Assembly: GCA_003354025.1 (NCBI GenBank)
Contig: PIVU01000001.1
Coordinates: forward strand, 2,435-66,434
Length of the DNA stretch: 64,000 nt
Reading direction: 5' to 3'
Origin: Nitrospirota bacterium
Lineage (GTDB): Bacteria > Nitrospirota > Thermodesulfovibrionia > UBA6902
Shown: positions 47,158 to 57,003 of the stretch, piece by piece
Numbering within the stretch: the first letter of the stretch is position 1
Layout of the letters: the number at the start of each line of letters is the position of its first letter
The notes under the pieces: generated by a model
Databases searched by the model: none
What the model saw: the letters and a program-made list of their open reading frames with translations, nothing else
What the model was told of the DNA's origin: nothing
Program-made: the position numbers and the translations under genes

Positions 47158-48513
47158 TTATGAAGTAAGAGATTTCTGAGTGATGTCATCATCTTCTTTT
47201 ATCACATCTTTTTCTGTTTTTACGGTGTTTCTTCCTGAATTTTTTGCCAGATAAAGTGCATTGTCCGCTCTTTCCATGACCGATTCAACTGTGTCGTCTT
47301 TTCTGAATACACTTATACCCACACTAATTTTGAGGGGGATATTTCGGTTTTTATAAGAAAACATTGCATTGTCTATATATGATCTGGCGCCGTCGCCTGC
47401 TTTTTCTGCATCCTTTAAAGATGTATGTGGAAGAATAATGGCGAACTCCTCTCCTCCGTATCTCGATATAAAATCATTTACCCTCAGTTTCTCTTTCAGG
47501 AGTGAAGCCAGTTTCTTAAGGGCAAGGTCTCCAACTTTATGTCCGAATGAATCATTGATTTTCTTAAAGAAATCAATATCGCAAAACATCAGTGATGCAG
47601 GCACATCATATCTCCGGAGATTAGCGAGAGTTTCTACTACTTTCTGATCGTATGCTTTCCTGTTATATAAACCTGTCAGCTGATCACGCAGCGATTGCAG
47701 TTCAATTTCCTCGGCCTTCTTTTTGATCTCCTTGGCCTCTTTTTTTATACCCGATATTCTTGAGCTCATCTGTTCAAGAGTTGTTTCCTGTTCCTTTAAA
47801 TGGATCATGTCCTGCTCTCTTTTTTGGTCTATGCCCTTATTAATATTCTCGATTTTGCCAAAGACCGCACTTTTGAGCTTTTTCAGATTGTCCGTTATCA
47901 TTCCTGGAGAAGAGTCAAAATCTTCTTTTATCATAGACATATTGATAGAAATGCTCTTTTCAAACTCTCTGTCCTGGTTAAATTTATTTTGATGAAAGGA
48001 TAGTTCAGTTGATACATGCTCCTCTGTTTCTTCCAGGTAGCTGATTGTCTGGCGCATAAATTCTTCCAGCTCCTTATTCTTCAGATAAAGGGCATCAAAG
48101 TATATCTTTATATACTTAAGGAGTGAATCCAGTCTGCTGGCCGTATTCTCGAATAAATTCTTGTCATGAATCTGCTTCTTAAGATCACTGATTTCTTCAG
48201 TTAACATATCAGGCGCCATGTCTGAAAACTTATCAAGGAAGTTAGATGTCATGTCCTTTAAGCGGCTTATTTCACTATGTGTCTCCTGCTTAATGTCGGG
48301 GTGGTCTGCATGAATAGGCGGAAGGGGCTCTATAAGCATTTTCTGGACAGTGCCTTTTACTACCAGTTGTTCTGCTATTGCTTTGGCATTCAGTTTTTTC
48401 TTGTTGTCTTTAGAGAGCTGTTTAAGAATATCGAGAACTTCATCTGCGATTACATATATTTTTTCCTGTAACTCTGAGGAGTTATCTTCTGGTTGTCCCG
48501 TGTCCTGTTCCAT
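47158..48513 (-). CDS. Diguanylate cyclase: a long N-terminal coiled coil followed by a GGDEF domain.
   Basis: LTGLYNRKAYD...RYGGEEFAIILP, plus the I-site RVND. Confidence 0.8.
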   Translation of the reverse strand: MEQDTGQPEDNSSELQEKIYVIADEVLDILKQLSKDNKKKLNAKAIAEQLVVKGTVQKMLIEPLPPIHADHPDIKQETHSEISRLKDMTSNFLDKFSDMAPDMLTEEISDLKKQIHDKNLFENTASRLDSLLKYIKIYFDALYLKNKELEEFMRQTISYLEETEEHVSTELSFHQNKFNQDREFEKSISINMSMIKEDFDSSPGMITDNLKKLKSAVFGKIENINKGIDQKREQDMIHLKEQETTLEQMSSRISGIKKEAKEIKKKAEEIELQSLRDQLTGLYNRKAYDQKVVETLANLRRYDVPASLMFCDIDFFKKINDSFGHKVGDLALKKLASLLKEKLRVNDFISRYGGEEFAIILPHTSLKDAEKAGDGARSYIDNAMFSYKNRNIPLKISVGISVFRKDDTVESVMERADNALYLAKNSGRNTVKTEKDVIKEDDDITQKSLTS

Positions 48514-48594
48514 TATGGATATGACCGCTTCCTTTCAAGTTTATGACCACACTATCCCGGAGGTCACAAGTCCAGCTTGCAGATATTAATAATA

Positions 48595-48622
48595 TTATCG
48601 GTAAATGTGTCCATTTCTTTAG
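48595..48622 (-). promoter_or_regulatory. Possible sigma-28-like promoter for the GGDEF gene, with a spacer one base shorter than the others.
   Basis: Minus strand reads cTAAAG-N14-ACCGATAA. The -35 context, CTAAAGAAATG, is the same as at the che promoter. Confidence 0.3.
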
Positions 48623-48871
48623 GATTATTTTTTATACCTCCCCTTTACTTATATTTGCTGGCCGACTGTCATTACTACAGCATTAAACATAGAGAAAGTC
48701 ATTTATTTGACGGGCGGACAATATGAAAAAACCAAATTATTTAAGCAGTTACGTTAGGCACGATATTTGTATATATAGCGGTGTTATTCGTTGAAGGTTA
48801 ATTGTTATTCGCAATGACAGAGGTAACGGAAACAGCTAACTTAAACGATCTTTAAAGGGAGGATAAGAGTA

Positions 48872-49378
48872 ATGGCAGACGAAAAAGACGAAGTCCAGGA
48901 AGAGGCGACTGAGGCGCCGCAGAAAAAGGGGAACAAGATGCTGATTATAATCATCGTCGTTGTTTCCGTTGTCCTTGGCGCTGGCGGTATTATCGGCTAC
49001 ACATTAATGGCCGATAAGGGAACCGAAGGAGAGGAAGAGGCAGAGGCACATCAGAAGGAGGAAAAGTCCAAACAAGAGACGGTCATTTTTGCACTTGACC
49101 CATTTGTATTAAACCTTGCTGATCACGGGCGCTACCTGAAAGTTTCCATCCAGTTTGAAATTTCCGATGAATCAATGCATGATTTTGTTAAAGGAAAGAC
49201 TCCTCAGCTGAGAGATACTATTATTACCCTCGTCAGCAGTAAATCACTCAATTCAATATCAAGCCCTGAAGGGAAATTTCAGCTGAAGGATGAAGTGCTG
49301 TTCAGGGCGAACCAGATACTTGGAATGGAAAAAGATATTTTTAAAAACCTTTTCTTTACTGAATTTGTAATGCAATGA
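48872..49378 (+). CDS. fliL: Flagellar basal body-associated protein FliL.
   Basis: One N-terminal TM segment and the FliL core (ETVIFALDPFVLNLADHGRYLKVSIQFEI). Confidence 0.85.
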   Translation: MADEKDEVQEEATEAPQKKGNKMLIIIIVVVSVVLGAGGIIGYTLMADKGTEGEEEAEAHQKEEKSKQETVIFALDPFVLNLADHGRYLKVSIQFEISDESMHDFVKGKTPQLRDTIITLVSSKSLNSISSPEGKFQLKDEVLFRANQILGMEKDIFKNLFFTEFVMQ

Positions 49379-50352
49379 GCGACAAAATACTTTCACAGGA
49401 TGAAGTTGATGCCCTATTAAAGGGTGTAGCTTCCGGCGATATAGATACTGAGGATGCCAAAGACCAGATAATGGAGGGCGTCAGGCAGTATGACTTTACT
49501 AGCCAGGAGCGTATTATTCGCGGAAAAATGCCCGGTTTGGAAATGATTAATGACGGCTTCTCCAGGGCACTAAGAAGTTCTGTTTCATCATTTATTATGA
49601 AATACACTGATATTAGTATTCAGAATGTAGACACAATGAAATACAGTGATTTCATGAAGACTATTCCGATGCCGTCAAGTATCAATATATTTACCATGGA
49701 GCCCCTTAAAGGATATGCACTGCTGGTCCTTGAAGCTCCGCTGGTATTTGCGTTTATCGAATTTTTCTTTGGCGGCGCGAGCGCGCAGCATGTGAAATCA
49801 GAGGGAAGGGCTTTTACGCAGATTGAACAGAGGGTTATACAGAAGGTTGTTGACATTGCCCTGGCTGATATGACAAAAGCGTGGGAAGCTGTTGCGCCGA
49901 TCAACCCCAAATATGTAGGGTCGGAAATAAACCCGCAGTTTGTTTCTATTGTTACACCTGCTGAAGTCGTCATTAAAATTGATATCGATATTGAAATTGA
50001 AGATTTTGCCGGCAAGATGTTTGTCTGCATTCCCTATTCAATGATCGAGCCTGTAAAAGAAAAGCTCTATTCCGGGATTCATGGAGACAAGTTCGAGACT
50101 GATAATAGATGGTCGGAAGTCCTCAAAAAATCATTAGATGATACGTACGTTAATTTGTCTGTAGATCTGGGGTCAATGACGGTTTCCTTAAAGGACATCA
50201 GGGATTTTGAAGTAGGAAATGTGATTAATATGGGTAAATCAGTTGATAAAAACCTTATTGTCAAAGTGGAGGGTGCTCCGAAGTTTATGGGTAAGCCGGG
50301 ATTCAGTCATGGCAATCAGGCAATAAAGATAACACAGCTCATAGAAGAGTGA
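49375..50352 (+). CDS. fliM: Flagellar motor switch protein FliM.
   Basis: LSQDEVDALL N-terminal CheY-binding motif, the FliM middle domain and a C-terminal SpoA-like domain. Confidence 0.9.
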   Translation: MSDKILSQDEVDALLKGVASGDIDTEDAKDQIMEGVRQYDFTSQERIIRGKMPGLEMINDGFSRALRSSVSSFIMKYTDISIQNVDTMKYSDFMKTIPMPSSINIFTMEPLKGYALLVLEAPLVFAFIEFFFGGASAQHVKSEGRAFTQIEQRVIQKVVDIALADMTKAWEAVAPINPKYVGSEINPQFVSIVTPAEVVIKIDIDIEIEDFAGKMFVCIPYSMIEPVKEKLYSGIHGDKFETDNRWSEVLKKSLDDTYVNLSVDLGSMTVSLKDIRDFEVGNVINMGKSVDKNLIVKVEGAPKFMGKPGFSHGNQAIKITQLIEE

Positions 50353-50399
50353 CATTTATTAAGAATTAATTAGTTAAGAAATATTTGAAAGGAGTACCA

Positions 50400-50744
50400 A
50401 TGGGAGAACAGGAAACACAGCCAAATCCAGAGATCGACCAGCACGAGTTTAATGATCTGCAGGATGAAAATCAACAGTCTGTGTCAAGAGAGATAGACTT
50501 TCTGCTTGACATACCTATTGAGATCAGTGTTCAGCTGGGCGCATCGAAAATGCTAATAAAGGAATTGCTTCAGCTTGGACAGGGGTCGGTTATCGAGCTT
50601 GAGAAACTTGCCGGAGAACCAATGGAAATAATGGCGAATCACAGGCTGATTGCCAGGGGTGAAGTTGTAGTGGTGAATGAAAAATTCGGGGTCAGGCTTA
50701 CGGACATAATCAGCCCGACGGAAAGGCTTTCAAATTTAAAATGA
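50400..50744 (+). CDS. fliN: Flagellar motor switch protein FliN.
   Basis: SpoA domain (LLDIPIEISVQLGASKMLIKELLQLGQGSVIELEK). The start is taken at the ATG that follows AAGGAG. Confidence 0.85.
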   Translation: MGEQETQPNPEIDQHEFNDLQDENQQSVSREIDFLLDIPIEISVQLGASKMLIKELLQLGQGSVIELEKLAGEPMEIMANHRLIARGEVVVVNEKFGVRLTDIISPTERLSNLK

Positions 50745-51052
50745 CAGGCACTTATATACAGACTGCGGCAGCGCTTGCTTTTGTGATCTTCCTGATAGTG
50801 GCTGCAGGATACATGATGAGGAAGAAGCAGACCGGCTCCGGCCTCATGAGCATTGTAAGCTATCAGTCCTTTGGACCAAAAAAAGGGGTAACAGCGCTAA
50901 AGGTCGGAAAAGAGGTTTTACTTCTCGGCGTCACACCTAATGATATAAGACTGTTAAAGACATTTAAGGAAGACGAACTTGATTTGCCGGAAGAGAACGC
51001 CTTCCAGACCAAACTGGACAAATTTAAAGCAATTGGAGCGGGGAAGAATTGA
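50741..51052 (+). CDS. fliO: Flagellar biosynthesis protein FliO.
   Basis: Small single-TM protein sitting between fliN and fliP. Confidence 0.6.
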   Translation: MTGTYIQTAAALAFVIFLIVAAGYMMRKKQTGSGLMSIVSYQSFGPKKGVTALKVGKEVLLLGVTPNDIRLLKTFKEDELDLPEENAFQTKLDKFKAIGAGKN

Positions 51053-51774
51053 GAACTACCAAAGACAAATTGAAAATATTATGCAGCGTAGCCGTCTTTT
51101 TTGCTCTTACTGCAGCGGCATCACCTGTGGGCGCCATTGATTTAAAGGAAATAAATAATCCTCTAATCGAAACATTTCTTATCATCAGCTTCTTATCTTT
51201 TTTACCGGCTGTGCTTATTATGTTCACATCATTTACCAGGATAGTTATTGTGCTCGGTTTCCTGCGTCATGCATTCGGCGGCCAGCAGACACCTCCTACA
51301 CCGGTGATTATCGGACTATCACTCTTTCTCACCTTTTTTGTGATGTCCCCCACGATAGGTGTGATAAATGCAAATGCAGTGACTCCTTATATGGAAGACG
51401 AAGTAGAATTTTCACAGGCAATTGATAATGCCGTACCGCCGTTAAAAAAGTTTATGCTGAAACAGACCAGGCAGAAAGATATAGCCCTGTTTACAGGCCT
51501 GTCAAAGAAAGACTTGCCGGACACTCCGGAAGAGTTATCAATGAGTGTTCTTGTTCCGGCTTTTGCTATAAGTGAATTGAAAACGGCATTTGAAATAGGT
51601 TTCCTGCTGTTCCTGCCTTTCCTTGTAGTGGATATGGTCGTAGCGAGCATTTTACTAAGCATGGGTATGATGATGCTTCCGCCTGTAATGATATCACTTC
51701 CATTTAAACTGCTTTTGTTTGTGCTTGTAGATGGATGGAACTTGATTGTCGGATCAATGATGAGGAGCTTCTAA
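51049..51774 (+). CDS. fliP: Flagellar export apparatus protein FliP.
   Basis: Conserved FliP TM core (FLPAVLIMFTSFTRIVIVLGFLRHAFG...). Confidence 0.9.
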   Translation: MRTTKDKLKILCSVAVFFALTAAASPVGAIDLKEINNPLIETFLIISFLSFLPAVLIMFTSFTRIVIVLGFLRHAFGGQQTPPTPVIIGLSLFLTFFVMSPTIGVINANAVTPYMEDEVEFSQAIDNAVPPLKKFMLKQTRQKDIALFTGLSKKDLPDTPEELSMSVLVPAFAISELKTAFEIGFLLFLPFLVVDMVVASILLSMGMMMLPPVMISLPFKLLLFVLVDGWNLIVGSMMRSF

Positions 51775-52043
51775 TGACGATAGAAATGGTAAATGGTATA
51801 TCTGCAGAGGTTTTTAAAACCGTGCTTTATGTGGCCGGACCCCCGCTAATTATAGGGTTGGTTATTGGACTTATGGTCGGCCTTTTCCAGACCGTTACGC
51901 AGATACAGGAATTCACTCTGACATTCGTCCCGAAAATGGTAGGGGTCTTTGCGTGTCTTTTTATTCTTATGCCCTGGATGGCGGACAAGATTGTGACGTT
52001 TACAGCAAATCTGATAACGAATATACCGTCTTACATAAGGTGA
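51774..52043 (+). CDS. fliQ: Flagellar export apparatus protein FliQ.
   Basis: 89 aa with two TM segments. The start ATG overlaps the fliP stop (TAATG) and follows GAGGAG. Confidence 0.85.
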   Translation: MTIEMVNGISAEVFKTVLYVAGPPLIIGLVIGLMVGLFQTVTQIQEFTLTFVPKMVGVFACLFILMPWMADKIVTFTANLITNIPSYIR

Positions 52044-52047
52044 ATTA

Positions 52048-52824
52048 ATGAACGAGCTGCTATTAACAGATATGGCTGAATTCTCACACTACATTACGAA
52101 TTTTCTATTTATCCTCCTGAGGGTGAGTATATTTATCAGTTTCCTTCCTGTTATAGGCGGTAATCAAACGCCGGTACAGTTCAGGATCGGGTTGATGGTG
52201 TTTATATCATTAATGTTGACACCGGTTGTTAATTTTGAAACTGCGGAAAACAGCATCCCGATGATGGTCGTCAAGGAAATATTCCTTGGTATGGCGCTGG
52301 GATTGAGCGTCAGATTCATTTTCCTGGGTATCAATATGGCCGGAGCTTTTATCAGTCAGACTATAGGAATGTCTATAGCAACGGCGTTTAATCCGGAGAT
52401 TGGACAGTCCACACAGATAGCCGAGCTTATGGGTACTCTCGCAATACTGTATTTTCTCGTAATGGACGCTCATCATGACCTTATATTTGTTTTTGTGAAA
52501 AGTTTTGAACTGCTGCCCGCAGGACAGGTAAATGTTGAAGCCCTGGTTCCAAAGGTATTAAAAATGGGCAGTAAAATGTTTGTTCTGGCAATCAAGATAA
52601 GTGCCCCGCTCGTTGTAGGCGCTTTAATAACGTATTTATTGTCGGGGTTTTTATATAAGGCTGCCCCGCAATTAAACATATTCTTTATAGTAATGCCCCT
52701 GAATATATTTCTGGGATTTATGCTTATGATACTGAGCATCCCTATTTTTGAACATATTCTTGGTGTGCAGTTCAGCAACGTAAGGGATGAGATGGTTCGT
52801 ATAATCGCAATAGCTAAAGGATAA
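52048..52824 (+). CDS. fliR: Flagellar export apparatus protein FliR.
   Basis: 258-aa polytopic membrane protein placed after fliQ. Confidence 0.85.
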   Translation: MNELLLTDMAEFSHYITNFLFILLRVSIFISFLPVIGGNQTPVQFRIGLMVFISLMLTPVVNFETAENSIPMMVVKEIFLGMALGLSVRFIFLGINMAGAFISQTIGMSIATAFNPEIGQSTQIAELMGTLAILYFLVMDAHHDLIFVFVKSFELLPAGQVNVEALVPKVLKMGSKMFVLAIKISAPLVVGALITYLLSGFLYKAAPQLNIFFIVMPLNIFLGFMLMILSIPIFEHILGVQFSNVRDEMVRIIAIAKG

Positions 52825-52869
52825 TTATGTGTAGGGCGTATTCCAATACGCCCCTACAAAGGATAGAAG

Positions 52870-53910
52870 ATGTCAGAAGATAGTTTTCAAGAAAAAACAC
52901 AGGAAGCGACTCCGCGAAAAAAGGAGAAGGCCAAAGAGAAAGGTCAGGTCGCCAGAAGCAAAGAACTGACCTCGATGGCCTCCATGAGCGGCATAATCAT
53001 GCTTCTCTATTTTTCCGGTGGATATTTTATGACAAAACTGGCTTCAATGACAGGAGGAGTTTTAGGAATGAAGTATGGCACTGATCCGGGTCACGTATCA
53101 CGGATTGTGACGCTGCAGGGTTTCGAGGTGCTTGCTCCTTTCTTCATGGTAACTATTGTTTTAGGATTGCTGGTAAGTGTGGCCCAGGGCGGCTTCGTGG
53201 TAAAACCGCTGAAAATTGAGTTTGACAAACTTAATCCGTTTAAAGGGATTAAAAATCTTTTTTCAATGAAGAGCGTAACCGAGCTTCTAAAGAGCCTGAT
53301 GAAATTTGGAATAGGTGGATATATATCTTATTACATTATTAAAAATAATATGAAGATTCTACCAACACTTTCATCGATGGAGCTCGGCGGTATAGTGAAA
53401 GTTTCCGGTGATTTAATTATGGATGCCATTCTGATCACTTTTGGGGTTTTCATGATGATAGCCATCCTTAGTTATTTTCTCGATAAGGCCCAGCATGAAC
53501 GGTCATTGAAAATGACGTTTCAGGAAATCAAAGAAGAGCAAAAAGAGTCTGATGGTGATCCAATGGTCAAGTCGAGAATACGTAGTATTCAGAGGGAGGC
53601 CGCCAGAAAGCGTATGATGCAGGAAGTGCCGGAAGCTACTGTGGTCATTACGAACCCTCAGCATTTAGCGATTGCCATTAAATATGATGAAAAGGACATG
53701 GGAGCGCCGCAAATCGTTGCCAAGGGGGCAGGAACTGTTGCAGCAAAAATAAGGGAAATTGCGACAGAGCATGGTGTCCCTATTGTTGAGAATAAACCTG
53801 TAGCAAGGGCGTTGTACAAACAGGAACTTAAATCTTTTGTGCCGGAAGAACTGTACGTAGCAGTTGCCAAGATACTGGCATACATTTATAAACTTAAAGG
53901 AAATATATGA
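52870..53910 (+). CDS. flhB: Flagellar export apparatus protein FlhB.
   Basis: N-terminal TM domain and the NPTH autocleavage motif (VITNPQHLAIAI). Confidence 0.9.
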   Translation: MSEDSFQEKTQEATPRKKEKAKEKGQVARSKELTSMASMSGIIMLLYFSGGYFMTKLASMTGGVLGMKYGTDPGHVSRIVTLQGFEVLAPFFMVTIVLGLLVSVAQGGFVVKPLKIEFDKLNPFKGIKNLFSMKSVTELLKSLMKFGIGGYISYYIIKNNMKILPTLSSMELGGIVKVSGDLIMDAILITFGVFMMIAILSYFLDKAQHERSLKMTFQEIKEEQKESDGDPMVKSRIRSIQREAARKRMMQEVPEATVVITNPQHLAIAIKYDEKDMGAPQIVAKGAGTVAAKIREIATEHGVPIVENKPVARALYKQELKSFVPEELYVAVAKILAYIYKLKGNI

Positions 53911-55943
53911 ACTTCTTAGCGTTGCTTCACAAAAGAGAAGATGTAGTCATTGCATTGGCCATGGTATCAATTATTGCGGTCATGCTGCTTCCAATGCCGC
54001 CGTTTCTTCTTGATCTGCTGCTCACACTGTCTATCTCATTATCAGTAACGATATTGATCACATCTATCTATATTAAGAAGCCGCTGGAGTTTTCAGTTCT
54101 GCCGTCGGTACTGCTCATGGCAACTCTATTCAGGCTTTCTCTGAACGTTGCAACTACCAGGTTAATCCTTCTGAAAGGTAATGAGGGTGTTGGCGCTGCC
54201 GGTGATGTTATCAAGTCCTTCGGTAACTTTGTAGTCGGCGGTAACTATGCTGTTGGAATAATAATATTTCTGATTCTGGTTATCGTGAACTTTGTAGTTA
54301 TCACTAAAGGTTCGGGAAGAATTGCTGAAGTCGCCGCACGATTTACATTGGATGCCATGCCCGGAAAACAGATGGCAATTGACGCTGATTTGAACAGCGG
54401 CCTTATAGATGAAACCCAGGCGCGTGAGCGCAGGGAGGAAATTTCACGAGAAGCCGACTATTACGGGTCCATGGACGGTGCCAGTAAGTTTGTGAGGGGA
54501 GATGCGGTTGCCGGGCTGATCATAACAGCAATCAACATTCTTGGCGGACTTGTTATAGGGACACTGCAGATGGGTATGAGTGCGACCGATGCTGCGACAA
54601 CATACACTATACTTACAATAGGTGACGGTCTTGTATCCCAGATCCCCGCTCTATTAATATCAACTGCAGCCGGTATCGTAGTAAGTAGGGCAGGTTCGGA
54701 CAGTGATATTGGTCAGGAAATCAGCAAGCAGATTCTGGTTAACCCGAAGGTCATGTTTACTGTTTCAGGAGTTTTATTTGCTTTAGGTATTGTTCCGGGA
54801 CTGCCTCATATTCCTTTCCTCCTGATAGCATCAATCGCAGGAGGTATAGGTTATTTGCTCATACAGGAGAAGCCTGAAGAAGCATTGCCAGTTGATGAAA
54901 TGCATGAGGATAGCGCTCCCGGAGAGCCGATGATAGAGTCATTCCTTGAACTTGATCCTCTGAGTCTTGAGATCGGCTATGGATTGATTCCACTGGTTGA
55001 TGAAAGCAGTGGAGAGCTTCTTGGAAAAATCAAGGCAATGAGACGACAGCTCGCAACGGAATTTGGATTCGTTGTACCGCCGATCCACATTAAGGACAAC
55101 CTTCAATTGAGGCCCCACGAATACACATTCCTTATCAGAGGGATTGAAATTGTCAAAGGTGAAGTTATGATGGGAAGCTGGCTGGCCGTTGATTCGGGTA
55201 ATGCCGAGAGAATAGACGGAGTGCCGACCAAAGAACCTGCATTTGGACTTCCTGCCTACTGGATTGAAGAGAATGCCGTAGAAAGGGCCCAAATGTCAGG
55301 CTATATGGTAGTTGATCCGGCAACAGTAATTGGTACGCACATTACCGAACTGATAAGAGAGTATGCATGGGAACTTCTGACAAGAAACGAGACGCAAAAT
55401 CTGCTGGATAATATATCAAAGACTTATCCTAAAATCGTGGAGGAGCTTATTCCTACTAATCTTACTCTCGGCGCTGTGCAGCGTGTCCTGCAGAACCTTC
55501 TTAAAGAGAGGATACCCATTAAGGACATTATGGCGATATTCGATTCTCTGCTTGACCACTCTCCGAATGTCAAGGACCCTGAAATGCTTACGGAGTATGT
55601 TAGACAGGCGCTTTCCAGGACGATCACAAAGCAGTATATGGATGACAACGGTAAACTGCCGGTCTTTACAGTCGATCCAAACTTTGAGAGGATTCTGACA
55701 CAGACTGAATCCGGACAGATTAATCCTGATGTTGTTAACAAAATTGCCAAGAGCATTGAGGGAGTTCTTTCTTCAGGAAGTCTCCAGGGAGCACAGCCGA
55801 TAATTTTGTGTTCATCCAATATAAGAAGATTTTTACACAAGATTGTTGAAAGGATTTCATCGGCCATTATAGTTCTTTCAACATCAGAAATTATTCCGAC
55901 TACAAATCTGGACATAAGGGGAATGGTAAAGTATGAGAATTAA
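53907..55943 (+). CDS. flhA: Flagellar export apparatus protein FlhA.
   Basis: 678 aa with the FHIPEP motif region and a large cytoplasmic domain. Confidence 0.95.
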   Translation: MNFLALLHKREDVVIALAMVSIIAVMLLPMPPFLLDLLLTLSISLSVTILITSIYIKKPLEFSVLPSVLLMATLFRLSLNVATTRLILLKGNEGVGAAGDVIKSFGNFVVGGNYAVGIIIFLILVIVNFVVITKGSGRIAEVAARFTLDAMPGKQMAIDADLNSGLIDETQARERREEISREADYYGSMDGASKFVRGDAVAGLIITAINILGGLVIGTLQMGMSATDAATTYTILTIGDGLVSQIPALLISTAAGIVVSRAGSDSDIGQEISKQILVNPKVMFTVSGVLFALGIVPGLPHIPFLLIASIAGGIGYLLIQEKPEEALPVDEMHEDSAPGEPMIESFLELDPLSLEIGYGLIPLVDESSGELLGKIKAMRRQLATEFGFVVPPIHIKDNLQLRPHEYTFLIRGIEIVKGEVMMGSWLAVDSGNAERIDGVPTKEPAFGLPAYWIEENAVERAQMSGYMVVDPATVIGTHITELIREYAWELLTRNETQNLLDNISKTYPKIVEELIPTNLTLGAVQRVLQNLLKERIPIKDIMAIFDSLLDHSPNVKDPEMLTEYVRQALSRTITKQYMDDNGKLPVFTVDPNFERILTQTESGQINPDVVNKIAKSIEGVLSSGSLQGAQPIILCSSNIRRFLHKIVERISSAIIVLSTSEIIPTTNLDIRGMVKYEN

Positions 55944-57003
55944 AAAGATACAGGCTAAAAACTTCAGGCAGGCCCTTTCTCTTGTAAAAAAGGAACTGGG
56001 ACCGGATGCCGTCATTCTTTCCTCTGAAGACAAGAAGGAGAATGGTTCCTATGTTGAAGTGACCGCTGCGATTGATGATGCTGTTGAGACAAATGTCCAG
56101 GAGCAATATGCTGTTGCTTCAGCACCAGTAACTGTTTCCGGAGACACGCGGACCAGCGGTAATGAGATGGTGGAATTAAAACAGGAGATGCAGTATTTGA
56201 GGGAGTGCATGGAGTCAATGCGCAGCAGCTGTTTTGAACCCAAGCTTCCGGAAGAGAGAAAAAATATGTTTCATTTTCTCCGTGAGAGATCAATTAAAGA
56301 TGACTTAGCTCTCAAACTCATTGAAAGGGCTGCCGACTCCGATGAACTGAGGTCTGTAATACATAATGACTTAAGTTCTATTACCGGTCAGGGCAATACT
56401 TCAGATAAGAACGACAGGAGGGCTGTAATGCTGATAGGCCCCACAGGGTCAGGGAAAACTACTACTGTGGCGAAGCTTGCATCCCAGGCAATAAGGGAAG
56501 GAAAGAAAGTTGGTCTCATAAGTATGGACACATACAAGGTGGGCGCAGCGGAGCAGATAAGAATTTATGCCCGTATGATCGGCCTTCCGCTTTCAGTTGT
56601 ATCAAATATTGAGAGCCTTCAGAAAAGTATAAAAGGGTATTCGGACAGAGATGTTATTTTCATTGATACTGCCGGACATAACCCCAGTGACAGTGAGTAT
56701 ATCGGAAGACTGAAACAGATTTATGAAACGGGGTATCCCATGGAGACCCAGTTATTACTAAGTACATCAAGCGACAATGATTTCTTAATGGAATCCCATA
56801 AACACTATAACGCTTTGCCCATAGATTATGTTGCCTTTACAAAGACGGACGAAGCGGTAAAGCTGGGGTCCATATATAACCTCTGCCGTCTCTATCAAAA
56901 ACCGGTGGCATATATCACAAACGGGCAGAGGGTACCGGGGAACATTGAATTCGTTGACAGCAATAGATTGACAAATCTTATTTTAAGAACAGGGAGCGCA
57001 TAA
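55933..57003 (+). CDS. flhF: Flagellar SRP-type GTPase FlhF.
   Basis: VMLIGPTGSGKTTTVAKLA, DTAGH and TKTD, the GTPase motifs. Confidence 0.85.
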   Translation: MRIKKIQAKNFRQALSLVKKELGPDAVILSSEDKKENGSYVEVTAAIDDAVETNVQEQYAVASAPVTVSGDTRTSGNEMVELKQEMQYLRECMESMRSSCFEPKLPEERKNMFHFLRERSIKDDLALKLIERAADSDELRSVIHNDLSSITGQGNTSDKNDRRAVMLIGPTGSGKTTTVAKLASQAIREGKKVGLISMDTYKVGAAEQIRIYARMIGLPLSVVSNIESLQKSIKGYSDRDVIFIDTAGHNPSDSEYIGRLKQIYETGYPMETQLLLSTSSDNDFLMESHKHYNALPIDYVAFTKTDEAVKLGSIYNLCRLYQKPVAYITNGQRVPGNIEFVDSNRLTNLILRTGSA

